A stretch of DNA of 64,000 nt, from the NCBI GenBank assembly GCA_963801815.1, contig CAWDGJ010000003.1, forward strand, positions 448,001-512,000, given 5' to 3'. Shown in pieces: positions 34,449 through 46,008 of the stretch (positions are counted from its first letter, which is position 1; every line of letters starts with the position of its first letter). The notes below the pieces were generated by a model. That model saw only the letters and a program-made list of their open reading frames with translations. It had not been told where the DNA came from and made no database searches. The DNA comes from an uncultured Verrucomicrobiae bacterium. Its GTDB lineage: Bacteria; Verrucomicrobiota; Verrucomicrobiia; Chthoniobacterales; UBA10450. Position numbers and translations under genes: made by a program.

Positions 34449-35944
34449 AACGCTTCTTCGGATTCAACCGCATCTTCTGCGCGATCTTCAAATCGCGTGA
34501 ACTTCTTTAGGAAAGTGAGTTTGACCTGGCCGATTGGACCATTTCTCTGTTTCGCAATAATAAGCTCAGCCTTGCCTTCCAATTCTGTTCGTTCCTCATC
34601 CGTATCGGCATAATATTCTTCCCGAACAAGTAAACCAACAAGGTCAGCATCCTGTTCGATGGAACCTGATTCTCGCAGGTCCGCCAGCCGAGGGACACCC
34701 TTGCCGCTGCCTGTGCGAATCTCTGGATTGCGATTCAATTGTGCGACAACAATGATCGGAATCTTTAATTCCTTGGCCAAACCCTTTAGCCCGGCGGAGA
34801 TCTCCGAGATCTCAAGTTGGCGATTGTCCTGTGCGCGGCGGGATGTCGATCTCAACAATTGCAAGTAATCGACGACGATCAATTGCACATCCTGCTGCGC
34901 TTTCAGGCGACGTGCTTTCGCGCGCAACTCGAGAATGCTGAGGCCGGCGCTGTCATCGATGAAGATTCTCGCTTCGGCCAGTTTGGAAGCGGCGTGCGTC
35001 AGCTTCGGAAAATCAGATTCGGCAAGAAATCCATCACGTGTCGTTGCTAGGTCTACGCGAGCCCGCGAACAAAGCATGCGCTGAACAAGCTGCTGGGCGC
35101 TCATTTCCAAGCTGAAAATTGCCACGGGAAGTTTCAGCTGTATGGCAGCGTGCTCAGCGATATTCATTGCCAGGGCCGTCTTTCCCATGCTCGGCCGCGC
35201 CGCGATCACAATCATCTCCGAGGGGTGCAGGCCGCTGGTTAGCTTGTCGAAATCGCGAAAACCGGTCGCAACTCCCGTAATTGCGCCTTTGTTTTCAAAG
35301 AGCTTCTCGATTGATTCAAGAGTGCTCATCACTTGCTCTTTCATCGAGAGTATCTGGCCCTTGAAGCGGTCCTCGCTGACGGCAAAAATTCTCTGCTCTA
35401 CTTCATCGAGCAGCTCGTTCACCTCCTCTTGCTCTTCGTAGGCGCGACGCACGCTCTCGGTCGCCGCCTCGATGATGGAGCGCAAAATGTATTTGTCGCG
35501 GACGATTTCGAGGTAATAAGCGACGTTGGCCGCAGTCGGCACGAAGGTGAACAGGTTTGTCACCATTGCCGCGCCGCCTACGGTCTCGAGCAAATTCCGA
35601 TCACGCAGAACTTGGGTGAACGTGATGAGATCAATGCCCGCCCCCGCATTCCAGAGTTCGACCAGGACGGCGAAGATAGTTTGATGTGCTGGAACGTAAA
35701 AATACTCGACCGTGATTTTTTCAACGACTTCCGCGATTGCATCGCGCGGTGAGATCAGCATTGAACCGAGCACGCCTTGCTCGGCTTCCACACTGTGCGG
35801 TGGCGGGCGGTGAATATCCTGCGCAGAACCTGTGCGCGGAATCGGAATAACATTTTCTCCGCTTCGCGCCGCCGAGCCTCGGCCAGCGCCATTTCCTGAC
35901 TTGCGAGGCTCTCGACCTATCCCGGAGGATGGTTGAGTCGCCAT
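34445..35944 (-). CDS. dnaB: Replicative DNA helicase
   Basis: PPHSVEAEQGVLG, AARPSMGKT, DYLQL, QLNR, DLRESGSIEQDAD, AKQRNGP. Confidence 0.98.
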   Translation of the reverse strand: MATQPSSGIGREPRKSGNGAGRGSAARSGENVIPIPRTGSAQDIHRPPPHSVEAEQGVLGSMLISPRDAIAEVVEKITVEYFYVPAHQTIFAVLVELWNAGAGIDLITFTQVLRDRNLLETVGGAAMVTNLFTFVPTAANVAYYLEIVRDKYILRSIIEAATESVRRAYEEQEEVNELLDEVEQRIFAVSEDRFKGQILSMKEQVMSTLESIEKLFENKGAITGVATGFRDFDKLTSGLHPSEMIVIAARPSMGKTALAMNIAEHAAIQLKLPVAIFSLEMSAQQLVQRMLCSRARVDLATTRDGFLAESDFPKLTHAASKLAEARIFIDDSAGLSILELRAKARRLKAQQDVQLIVVDYLQLLRSTSRRAQDNRQLEISEISAGLKGLAKELKIPIIVVAQLNRNPEIRTGSGKGVPRLADLRESGSIEQDADLVGLLVREEYYADTDEERTELEGKAELIIAKQRNGPIGQVKLTFLKKFTRFEDRAEDAVESEEAF

Positions 35945-35947
35945 TAA

Positions 35948-36499
35948 TTACTCTTCTTTCTTCTCTTCCTTGTGTCTGCGGAAAAATCCACGGCGCTTCT
36001 TTTCCGGATGCTCGCCCGTAGGCTCAGTCTCCGCCTTTCGCGCCTCTGCTGATTTCACATCAAACTTGAATTGTGCGGTCACATCGTGATGCAATTTAAT
36101 CGTGACCTCATGTTCGCCGGTGTCCTTGATCGGGCGCTCGAGCATGATCTTGTGGCGATCGATTTCGATCCCAAGCTCGTTTTTCATCCGGTGCACAATG
36201 TCCTGTGCGGTGATTGAACCGAACGCTTTGCCGGATTCGCCGGTCGCTAATGTAAATACGAGATGAGCCTTGCCAATCTTGCGGGACAGTTCCTCGGATT
36301 CGTTTAATTCGCGGGCTTCCCGTTCGGCGCGCTTCTTTTTCAAATTATCGAGTTGGCGCAACGCGGCTGGCGTTACCTCATAGGCCTTTTTCTGTGGGAG
36401 CAGGTAGTTGCGGGCGTAGCCGCGACGGACCTTTACCACGTCGGCCTCAGCGCCGAGTCCGGGCACGTTGTCGGTCAGAATAACTTCAGTCGTTGGCAT
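35948..36499 (-). CDS. rplI: 50S ribosomal protein L9
   Basis: EVILTDNVPGLG, VRRGYARNYLLP, GKAFGSIT. Confidence 0.95.
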   Translation of the reverse strand: MPTTEVILTDNVPGLGAEADVVKVRRGYARNYLLPQKKAYEVTPAALRQLDNLKKKRAEREARELNESEELSRKIGKAHLVFTLATGESGKAFGSITAQDIVHRMKNELGIEIDRHKIMLERPIKDTGEHEVTIKLHHDVTAQFKFDVKSAEARKAETEPTGEHPEKKRRGFFRRHKEEKKEE

Positions 36500-36681
36500 A
36501 ATTGAAAATTTTGCGCGCGCGCGAACTCGTATGAAAGCAGTGCACGCATACTCTGTCAACGCGTGAACAGAAATTAAAATGCAAAAAATTGTTTCGGGAC
36601 AAAATTCATTTTTGTTCTTGCCCGCTGCCATACTTGTCTGTACGCCGGAGTCTTACCTCGGTCTCATGAGCCCCATCACCC

Positions 36682-37863
36682 ATGAAAACACAAAACAAGG
36701 TCAGCTTTGCTGCGGTCTGCGTTTTTCTCGTCGGATTTATACCCGCTAAAGGTCAGGTCACCTTTAACGTCACTGATTTGGGAACCCTCGGTGGCAACAC
36801 CAGCACGGCGAACAGCGTCGCCGGAAATGGTACAAATGCCGCCGGAATGATCGTCGGTTCCTCAACTACGGCCGACAACTCCGAGCACGCCTTCCTTTTC
36901 GTCGAGGACAAAATGTACGATCTGAACACGCTGTGCGATCTTTCCCAAAGCGATTTCAAAGTGCTGACCGTTGCGCGCACGATCAGCGATTCATGTGTCA
37001 TTATCGGTGACGGAGTCACGAAAAACGGCGACAAGCACGCCTTCAAACTCACGCCGCAAAGTGTCGCTGGAGGGCAATGGCATTATCAATGTTGCCAGTG
37101 GGTTTGGATCCAAGACGGCGGCGGCTGGTGGTGGGAAGAAGGTTGCGGCTGCTACAAGTGGCACGGCCCTCCCGGACCGCATCCACCGTGTCCGCCGGAA
37201 AATCCGCCGTGCTGGTGGCTGCCGCTTCCATGTCCGCCGCCGATCCATCGTCCGACGCCAACCCCAACACCTCCACCGCCTTGCTGGTGTTGTATCAATG
37301 GGCAAGTCGTTCAGACTACGCCGGAGGAGTGCCGCGAACGCGAAGGTCAATGTTATCCCACTCAAGAAGAAGCGCTCAGGCACTGCAAAGATCTCTGCTG
37401 GTGCTGCATTGATGGCCACATCGTTCAAGTCGACGCTGCGCAATGCAAAGAGCGCGGGGGCCAGTGTTTCAGTTCCCGCGAAGAGGCGCTCCGGCATTGC
37501 GGACAATTATGTTGGTGCTGTATCAACGGCCAGGTCGTCCAGATGCCTGTGGCCGAATGTCGCGAGCGAGATGGTCAGTGCTTTGGTTCCAGGGAAGCAG
37601 CGTTGAGAAACTGTCGTCCACACCGAACCCCGACTCCGCCACCAAACCAAACGCCGACCCCGCCCCTTACATATGTACCGGGTATTCAACCAACACCGAC
37701 TCCTCCTCCTCGGAGAACAGCGACTCCATCGCGGCGGCCTCACGGGAGCCCAACGCCGCGGACATTTATTGCGAAGCCGAAATCGACGACAACCTCGTCG
37801 ACACGCGGGACGACAACCGGTAGAAAGCAAAGAGGAAGTCCAACCCCACCCGGCAAGCCTTAG
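36682..37863 (+). CDS. Secreted HAF-repeat protein with three Cys-rich 38-aa repeats and Pro/Thr linkers
   Basis: Signal peptide, DLGTLGG...HAF repeats, CWCCI-x-G repeats starting 37282, 37396, 37510. Confidence 0.75.
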   Translation: MKTQNKVSFAAVCVFLVGFIPAKGQVTFNVTDLGTLGGNTSTANSVAGNGTNAAGMIVGSSTTADNSEHAFLFVEDKMYDLNTLCDLSQSDFKVLTVARTISDSCVIIGDGVTKNGDKHAFKLTPQSVAGGQWHYQCCQWVWIQDGGGWWWEEGCGCYKWHGPPGPHPPCPPENPPCWWLPLPCPPPIHRPTPTPTPPPPCWCCINGQVVQTTPEECREREGQCYPTQEEALRHCKDLCWCCIDGHIVQVDAAQCKERGGQCFSSREEALRHCGQLCWCCINGQVVQMPVAECRERDGQCFGSREAALRNCRPHRTPTPPPNQTPTPPLTYVPGIQPTPTPPPRRTATPSRRPHGSPTPRTFIAKPKSTTTSSTRGTTTGRKQRGSPTPPGKP

Positions 37864-37885
37864 GAACTAACTCGTAAGTATCCGA

Positions 37886-38440
37886 CTAAATCATTCCGAG
37901 CTTCATCCGCCCGGCTTCGCTGATCATGTTCTGGTTCCACGGTGGGTCCCAGACAAGCTGAACGTCGGCTTCATCTATACCGTCGATCGACAAAATTTTG
38001 CTTTGGGCGTCGTGGGCAATCGCCGGTCCCATTCCGCAACCGGGCGCGGTCAGCGTCATTTTTACTTCCACGCGCGTTCCGCCGTCATCTTTCTTGATCA
38101 GACGACAATCGTAAACCAAACCTAGATCGACAATGTTCACCGGAATTTCCGGGTCGTAACATTGTTTCAATTGATTCCAAATCTCGTCCTCCGAAACTTG
38201 GCCGTTGGTTTTTGCAGCAGGCTTTTCTTTCGCTTCGGTTTTCGGCTTTTCAATGCCGAGCGCATCCAAATCCTTTTCGGCGACCTGCGACAATCCGTAT
38301 TGCGTCGCGATTGTGTAATTTCCGCCCAGCGCCTGAGTGATCACCCCTTTCGTTCCCGCCGGAATCGTATATTTCTGTCCGGCTGGGATCAAAATCACCT
38401 CCAGATCGCGTTTTAACTCGAATTCCTTGTCCTTATGCAT
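37886..38440 (-). CDS. sufT: Fe-S cluster assembly protein SufT (DUF59)
   Basis: ITQALGG, CYDPEIPVNIVDLGLVY, MTLTAPGCGMG, VWDPPW. Confidence 0.9.
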   Translation of the reverse strand: MHKDKEFELKRDLEVILIPAGQKYTIPAGTKGVITQALGGNYTIATQYGLSQVAEKDLDALGIEKPKTEAKEKPAAKTNGQVSEDEIWNQLKQCYDPEIPVNIVDLGLVYDCRLIKKDDGGTRVEVKMTLTAPGCGMGPAIAHDAQSKILSIDGIDEADVQLVWDPPWNQNMISEAGRMKLGMI

Positions 38441-38558
38441 CGCCCTAGAATTGTAGCGGCGGTCTATGACCGTCGCAAATTGCACTCTTCTGTGGAGCCA
38501 GCCGTCCTCGGCTGCATTTTGTTTCCATTGAAGCAGGCGCGGGCGCCTGCCCCCACTG

Positions 38559-39821
38559 CTATAGCTTCTTGGGATCTTCGAGGAGCTCGATCACGCGCTT
38601 GAGCAAGCGCCCGGCGCCGCCGCCGTCGAGGCTGCGATGATCGAAGCTGAGCGTCATTTGCGCTTCTGTTCTCGGAACGAATTCTTTTTTGTTCGTCCCA
38701 AACCGGCGCTTTCTTTCCGACGCCGAGCCCGAGAATCATCGTTTGATCGGGCAGGGGAATTGGTGTGCCCCAATCGAGTCCGAACGTGCCGAAGTTGGAA
38801 ACGGACGCGATTCCGCCTGAAGTCATCTCACTCGTCAGCCGTCGACGTCGCGCAAGATCGACCAGCTCCGTGTATTCGATCGTCAGGTCTGCGAGCGACG
38901 TTTTGTCGGCGTTGCGAATGACCGGAACCATGATCCCGTCGCCGGCTTCAACCGCGACGCCGATGTCGATCGATTGCGAACCGATCGCGCGACCGCCAAT
39001 CAGTCGCGCGGCCGCATTTGGTTGCTCGGCAAGCGCAAGCGCGAGCGCGCGCAAAACGTAAAGGGCCGGGCCGGGTTTTGGATCACGTGATTGTCGATCT
39101 TGCAGGACCGGATCGAGACACACCGAAACGCCAACCGTGGCGAGTGGTCGCGTCCAGCTGCGTCGCATCGCATCGGCCACGCCGGTCCGAATCGCGCTCG
39201 GCTTTTCGACTGGCTGCGATTGAATCGAGCTGAGAAAATCTTCGAGATCTTTGATCGTGACGCGACCCGCCGTTACCGCTGCCGGCGATTCCGGCGAGAT
39301 CGGCCTGCGTCAATTGCAACTCGGCCATGCGCGCGCGCACTCGCGGCGAAAGATAGCCCGCACCTTTCGCGCTCGCTGGAACTGGCAGACCTCCGCCTGT
39401 CGACCTGGAAATGCGAACCGGCTGCGACCTGCGGCAGATCGTTTCATCCACTTGGAAATGTGAGCCGCTTCCATTGCCGGTGCGAGCCGTGGTTTCTTCT
39501 TCGCGACCGGGAATCTCGTTCTGCCACTTCGCCTGTCGGCGGTTCTGGCGCGCGTTTTTGAAATCGCGCGGCGTCGGCTTCGCTCGCTTCGACATAACCG
39601 AGCACCGCGCCGACGGCATACGTGCCTTTCACCTCCGCATCGATCTTCGCGATCTCGCCCGCGCACGGCGTGGTCACGCCCATCACGGCTTTGTCGGTCT
39701 CGACCTCGATGATTTCCTGGTCGGCCGAAACTTTGTCGCCCGGCTGGACCTTGATCGCGACGATCGTCGCCTCGGCCATCGATTCGCCGAGCTGCGGCAT
39801 GGTGATTGGAACTTTCGGCAT
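38559..39821 (-). CDS. 2-oxoacid dehydrogenase E2, frameshifted
   Basis: Lipoyl domain MPQLGES...VETDKA; PSBD LSPRVRA; SFDHRSLDG catalytic motif in shifted frame. Confidence 0.85.
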
Positions 39822-39856
39822 GAGAAAGTTGAGACGTTAAATCGTTGAGAAGTGGT

Positions 39857-40827
39857 TTACTCGGCAGGATCTGGCGCGCTTTGGCCGCGATCGACTTTCG
39901 CGTTCGGCCGATGCTCGCTCCAAAGATTCGGATGATACGGAATCGGCGTGTCCTTGGCGTTGATGCGCGCCGGCGCGGCATCGAGCAGATGGAAGCCTTC
40001 GGCTGCGACGCGCGCGATGACTTCGGCGGTCACGCCGCCCCACGGGAACGCTTCGCCGACGCAAAGCAATCGTCCCGTGCGCGCGACCGAGGCGAGCACG
40101 GTATCGGTATCGAGCGGCTTTACCGTGCGCAGATCGACCACTTCGATTTCGACTCCGTCCGGCGCTGAATTCCTTCGCGACCGCGAGCGCTTCGTGCACC
40201 ATCGCGCTGTAGGTCACGATGGTGAGATCGCGCCCCGGCCTGACGATTCGCGCCTTGCCGACCGGAAAGCTTTCTGTCGGCAGCGCGTCGGCCTTGAGGT
40301 GGTAGTAAAGATATTTGTGCTCGCAGTAGATGACCGGGTCGTCGATCGCGACCGCGTCGATCAACATGGTGTAGGCGTCTTCCACCGTGGCGGGCGTCGA
40401 CCACGACCAGCCCGGGATAATGCGAGTAAAGTCCTTCCATGCTCTGGCTGTGAAACGGCCCGCTGCCTTTCGTTCCGCCGGAGGGCAAGCGCACCGTGAT
40501 CGGGCAGGGAACATTTGTCCGCCAATACTGCGTGCCGGCGTTGTTGAGAATCTGGTTGAGCGCGATGCTCGAAAAATCGGCGAACTGCATTTCGACAATC
40601 GGCCGCATTCCTTCCATGGCCGCGCCGATCGCCGTGCCGACCATCGCGTCTTCGCTGATCGGCGTGTTCAAGACGCGCCCGGGAAATTCTCCGCCAGACC
40701 TTTCGTGGCCTTGAACGCGCCGCCGAACTTTCCGCGCACATCCTGGCCGTAAATGAAAACGCGCTCGTCCTCGCGCAGGAGACTGCGCCTGCGCTTCGCG
40801 AATCGCCTCGAGGTAAGTGACGCTCAT
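39857..40827 (-). CDS. 2-oxoacid dehydrogenase E1 beta, frameshifted
   Basis: TYLEAIRE, NTPISE, RPIVEMQFADF, GPFHSQS, EHKYLY, DLRTVKPLD. Confidence 0.9.
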
Positions 40828-40829
40828 TA

Positions 40830-40997
40830 GAAATGACGAGTGACCAATGGCGAGATGATCGAAATTCGAATATCGAAATCCGAAACAAGCACGAAATCGA
40901 AGATCGAATGACCAAATACGAGACGTGCTTCGCTCTTGGATTTCAGTCATTCGGATTTGTTTGGAGCTTCGACATTCGGATTTCGAATTTCGTCATT
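40830..40997. repeat. Heptamer-periodic long palindromic element between E1 alpha and E1 beta
   Basis: 23-bp identity (TCGAATATCGAAATCCGAAACAA) between 40866-40888 and 50723-50745; mirror arm at 3' end. Confidence 0.8.
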
Positions 40998-42057
40998 ACC
41001 CTTGAGGTCTGTCGACCAGTCGCGCGTCGATATCGCGCACCAATCTTCTTCGCGCCATGCGGGCGTCTTCGTGCTGCGCTGTCGCGACTGCCTCATCGAC
41101 TTCTGCCGCAATTTCCGCGCGCATTTGCTGAAGCGTCTCGATCGAGCAAGTCCCTGCTCGAGAATCAACTGCTCGTGCGCGCGACAGCAATCCTGCGCCG
41201 AACGGTTCCTTCTTCATCTCGGCCGGAACGTAGCTGGCGTCGTCGTGTTCGCCGTGACCGGCGAGACGCAGAAGCTAGGCGACGACCAGTTGCGGCGGAC
41301 GGCCGGCGCGCGCGCGTTTCACCGCGCCGCCGATGACTTCGAGGCACGTGGCCAAATCGGTGCCGTCGACTCGTCTGCCCTTCGTAACCGTAACCGTTGC
41401 GCGCGATCGACCAGATCGGCACAGGCAAATTCACGATCGTTCGGCGTGGAGTAGGCGAAATGATTGTTGGTACGCGACGATGACCAGCGGCACTTGCTCG
41501 ACCGCGGCGATGTTCATCCCTTCGTGCGTCGCGCCGGTTTGCATGCCGCCTTCGCCGATCGTCGTTAGGCCAACAAAACCTTTCTCGCCCTTCATTCGTT
41601 TCGCGAGCAGTTTGCCGACCACGACCGGAATCATCGCGCCGAGATGACTGATCATGGCCAGCTGGTCCGTCCGCGGCCAACCACGGTGAATGTTGCCGTC
41701 GCGACCGCGCATCGGACCCTTGACGCGAGCCGAGATAGGTGCGCGACGACATCGAGCAAGCGGTTCGCCAAACGCGGAGCGCCCGGCCTGATCGCGAATG
41801 AGCGGCGCAAAGACGTCGCCCTTCTGCAAAAACATTCCGCACGCCGCGCTCACCGCTTCCTGTCCGCGGCCGACATAAACGCCGCCAGTGATCATGCCGC
41901 CGCGATAGAGGCTGGCCAGCTTTTCCTCGAAGATCCGCGTCTGCAGCATCCAGCGGAACGCTTCGAGATATCGTTCGTGAACGCGTGCTTTCTTCGGCGC
42001 AGTCTTTTCAGGCGCAGCTTTCTTCGATTTTTTTCCGCGCTCCGCCGTTTGAAGCAT
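40996..42057 (-). CDS. 2-oxoacid dehydrogenase E1 alpha, frameshifted
   Basis: GRGQEA, RGRDGNIH, ISHLGAMIPV, TPP motif IGEGG...HEGMN. Confidence 0.85.
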
Positions 42058-42111
42058 CGACCAATTTTACCCAAGATCGACGACTACGCGCAAAATTTTT
42101 TTGCGCTGGAG

Positions 42112-45100
42112 TTATCGCGCGACGCGAGTCGTTTTGGCGTGGCCGTTTCCGTTTTCGGCCAGGGCGAATTGCCGCTGCGAAGGAACGGATTCATGCTGCG
42201 GTGTCGGCGCTTGTTCGGTTGCGGGCGGCGCAGTTAACTTCATTCCGACCAGTTTGCTCACGCCGCGCTCTTCCATCGTCACGCCATAAAGAACGTCCGC
42301 CTTAGCGATCGTTCGTTTGTTGTGGGTGATGATGATGAACTGGCTTTGGGCAACGAACCGGTCGAGCACGCGGATGAAGCGGTTGATGTTGCTCTCGTCC
42401 AGAGGCGCATCCATTTCGTCCAGGACGCAGAACGGACTCGGGCGCACCATGTAGATGGCGAAGAGCAACGCGACCGCGGTCATTGTCCGCTCGCCGCCGG
42501 ACAGGAGCGAAACGCTCTGCAATTGTTTGCCGGGCGGCTTGGCCGAGATTTCGATGCCGCAGTTGAGCGGATCGTTTTCGTCCAGCAACGAGAGATCGGC
42601 GCGGCCGCCGCCGAAGAGTTCGGCGAACATTTCGCGGAAGTTGACCCGGACTTGGGCGAAGGTTTCGGCGAACAACTGTTTCGTCGTGGTGTTGATCTGG
42701 GCGATGACGTCGAGCAACTCGCGGCGCGAATTCGTGAGATCGTTGTTTTGCGTTTCGAGGAATTTGTAACGCTCTTCGAGCTCGTCGTATTCCTGGACCG
42801 CTTCGAGATTAACCGGGCCCATGTTGTCGAGCTGGCGGGTGAGATCGCCGATTAGTTTTTGCAAATCCTCATCGCCGAGATCTACATCCTGGACTTCTTT
42901 CTCGGCGCGTTTGAGTTGGACCCGCAACGTTTTTCCGAATGCCTCCTGGTCCGGAGTGAAGGTGCGCAAGTCGACTTGGTAACGTCGCGTGATGCTTTCC
43001 GCCAGATTTTCAATCTGCATCTGCAATTGAGATTCGCGGACTTGCTGATGGCTTCGTTTTTCTTGCAGTTCGCTCAACGAGTTACGGAGTTGACGCAAAT
43101 CGGCCTCGCGTTGTTCTACTGCGCCTGCGCGGCTGGTCCGTTGGGATGAAATTTCCCTGGCAGCTGCGTCGGCTTCGGCAGCGCGTGCTGTTTGTTCTTT
43201 AATCGCAGTTTCGGCATCATGGGTTTCCTGCGCCTGGGCCGCGACTTTGGATTCGTAACTCGCGATGTCGGCCTTGCGCGCTGCGATTGATTCCAAGAGC
43301 TCTGTATCGCGGGCGGCCATTGGTTGTCGCTGCGCTTCCAAGCTCTCGAGGCGTTGCCGCGCCGTGGCGATTGCCAACCGCAAATCGTTCAGCTCCTCGA
43401 CCGTCTTTTCCTCCTGACCGCGCGCGCCTTTTTCATCCTTCTCGGCGTCGCTCTGCGCGGCCTCGTGTTCGGAGAGGACATCTCGTGCCGATCTCAATTC
43501 AGCTTCCAACTCGGAGACGCGCTGGCGTGCCACTTCGATTTGGTGCTCGAGCGCGGCCCTTTCCGATTTCAGATTGTCGATCTTGCGTGCGGCTTCCTTT
43601 TCCTCGCCTTGAAGCAACGAGATCCTGTTGGCGGAAGTCGAATGCGCCAAATGCGCTGATTGATGATGGGACCGCGTTTCGTCGAGCCGGCGGGAGGCAG
43701 TTGCGACATTCGCTTTCGCCTGGTCGCGCTTCTGGATGAGAATGTCACGCTGGGTTGCACAGCCGGCTTCATCCCTTTCCAGTGCCGTCACGCGCGCTTT
43801 GCGCTCGAGCAGCGAGTCTGCTTTCACGGTGCTGCTGCCACCGAACAGAATTCCTTCGGTGGAAATGAACTCTCCATCGAGAGTTGTCATTGCGAGAGTC
43901 GGCTCGTCTTTCTTGGCGGCGAGCGCTTGATCCAGTTTCGAAAAAATCACGACACCGCTGAGCAATTGCCGGATCAGCGGTTCGATTAAACGCGGCGCGA
44001 CCACTTTGTCGATGGCCCATGCGATCGCGCCTTTCGGCAAGCTTTTGCGAACCGATTCATGGGCCGAAGCGCCAAGTTTCGGAACAAACAGCGCCGCTTG
44101 CCCAAGTTTTTTTCGGGTGAGACGGCCAAGGATTTCTTCGGCAGATTGCGCGTCTTTGAGAATGACGGCGTGCAGGTTCCGGCCAAGCGCGGCTTCAATC
44201 GCCGGAATAAATTTTGGATCGACATCGATCTGGGCAACGAGTGAGCCGGTGATCGAATCGCGGAACCGATCAGGATCGCCCAAGCCTTTGAGCACCGCCT
44301 GGGAACCCTGAGCTAATCCTTCGCCTTCGGCGTTGAGCTGGCGCAAAACTTCAAGTGTCGATCGTTTCTCGGCCATCGTGCAGTCCAACGCAGTGATTTC
44401 GACGTCGACCTCGGTCAGCTGTTCCTGTTGTTGCCGGTGACTCGCTTCTGCGGTCTGCAATTGCACGAACAGCGTTTCCAACTTCTTCTGTTCGGTTTCA
44501 GTTTCGCCATGTGCCGTCGCGATTCCGGCTGCGATCCTTTCGATGCGCTTTGAGCGCATCTTTTGTTTCCGCAGAGATTTGCCGGATTTGTTCCTCCGTT
44601 AGCTCGCGGCGAGCAGAAATTCCAGCCAGGTCGTCTTCGAGCTCATCAATCCGCGCTTCATACTTCGAGACGGGAGGTCCGTGCGGATTCGCGGTCGGCC
44701 TCGCGTTCCTCACGACGAGCACGGAGTTTGTCGAGTAGTTCGGTGAGTCTTGGCCAACTCTGCTTGTTTCGACTGCAGGAGATGCTGCGTCTTCTCAATG
44801 AGCGAGTCGCGTTCGCGAATCTGGGCCGCGTGCTGTTTACGTTTGGTCTCGGCGCCCTCGATATCGGCCGTGAGCGCGCTTGATCAGATCGCTCAGCTCA
44901 TCTTCGCGTTGGCGATTAAATTCGATCCGGCTGCGATTCGTGGCGATTTCGCTCTGCAGATCGCTGCGCTTCGGCGCGGATGTCGGCCATCTCGATGTCG
45001 ATTTTGTCGAGCGCGCGGCGTTCTTCGGCCAACTTCGTTTTCGTCACATCGATCTTTGTGCGTGCCGTTTGTTCGGACCCGCAATTTTTTCAATCTCCGC

Positions 45101-45837
45101 GCGGCAGTGAGCAAGGTCGGTGTCGAAAGTGGCGAGTTGTTTTTTGGAATGATGCGTATCGAGCACGCGCAGGTCGGCATGCAACGCTTGATAACGCCGC
45201 GCTTTGCCAGCCTGACGCTGGAGCGAACCGATCTGCCGCTTCACTTCCTTGATGATGTCGCCGATACGCAAGAAGGTTCGCCTCCGTCGCTTCGAGTTTG
45301 CGAAGTGCTTCCTCTTTTGCGATTTGTACTTCGTGATCCCGGCCGCTTCTTCAAAGACTGCGCGACGATCTTCTGGCCGCGAGCTCAGGATCATGTCGAT
45401 CTTGCCTTGCTCCATCATCGAGTAGGCGAACGCGCGACGCCGGTGTCGGCGAAAAGGTTCTGGATGTCCTTCAAACGGCACGGCGTTTTGTTGAGTAGGT
45501 ATTCGGAAATTCCGTCACGATAAACGCGCCGCGTCACGCGCACGTCATGCCAGTCGACGTCCGAGTTCGACGCGCAATCGGTGAACGTCAGCGAGACTTC
45601 GGCGAAGCCCAGCGGCTTGCGCGTTGTCGGTGCCGTTAAAAATGACGTCGGCCATTTCGCCGCCGCGCAGAGATTTGGCGGATTGTTCTCCCGAGCACCC
45701 AACGTAATCGCGTCGAGCACGTTCGATTTGCCGCAACCGTTCGGGCCGACGATTGCTGTGACGCCTTCGTGAAAATTGAAAAATGTTTTATCGGCGAAGG
45801 ACTTGAAGCCGAAAAGTTCGAGCGATTGTAGATGCAT
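42112..45837 (-). CDS. smc: Chromosome segregation protein SMC, frameshifted in 5' third
   Basis: GFKSF, VGPNGCGKSN, FEEAAGI, hinge, LSGGE, LDEMDAPLD, ITHNK. Confidence 0.95.
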
Positions 45838-45903
45838 GCGGCCCAGGCCACCTGTCAGCCTTATAGGCAATATAGTAGCCTAGGTGCACTGACAAGCAAA
45901 ATC

Positions 45904-45950
45904 ACACAATTTGTGGGCCACCAGCCGCCCTAAAGCCCCATAAGTTGTAG
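45904..45950. promoter_or_regulatory. Tandem NrdR-box-like sites, starts 31 bp apart
   Basis: ACACAATTTGTGGGCC at 45904 and GCCCCATAAGTTGTAG at 45935 versus acaCwAtATaTwGtgt. Confidence 0.4.
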
Positions 45951-46008
45951 GGTGATGGTCTAGGAATCGGCCTTGATCCAGGTAGCGGAATCGAGCACGA
46001 TTCTGCCC

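Noticed and set aside
36682..37863. RiPP precursor reading of the Cys-rich repeats
   Set aside because: It has a Sec-type signal and folded domains, with no adjacent modifying enzymes; the window's radical SAM is HpnH, over 22 kb away.
44560..44760. Foreign insertion or intein in smc
   Set aside because: Total gene length (about 3.7 kb) is normal for SMC; the garbled stretch lies in an error-rich block and has no terminal repeats or intein motifs.
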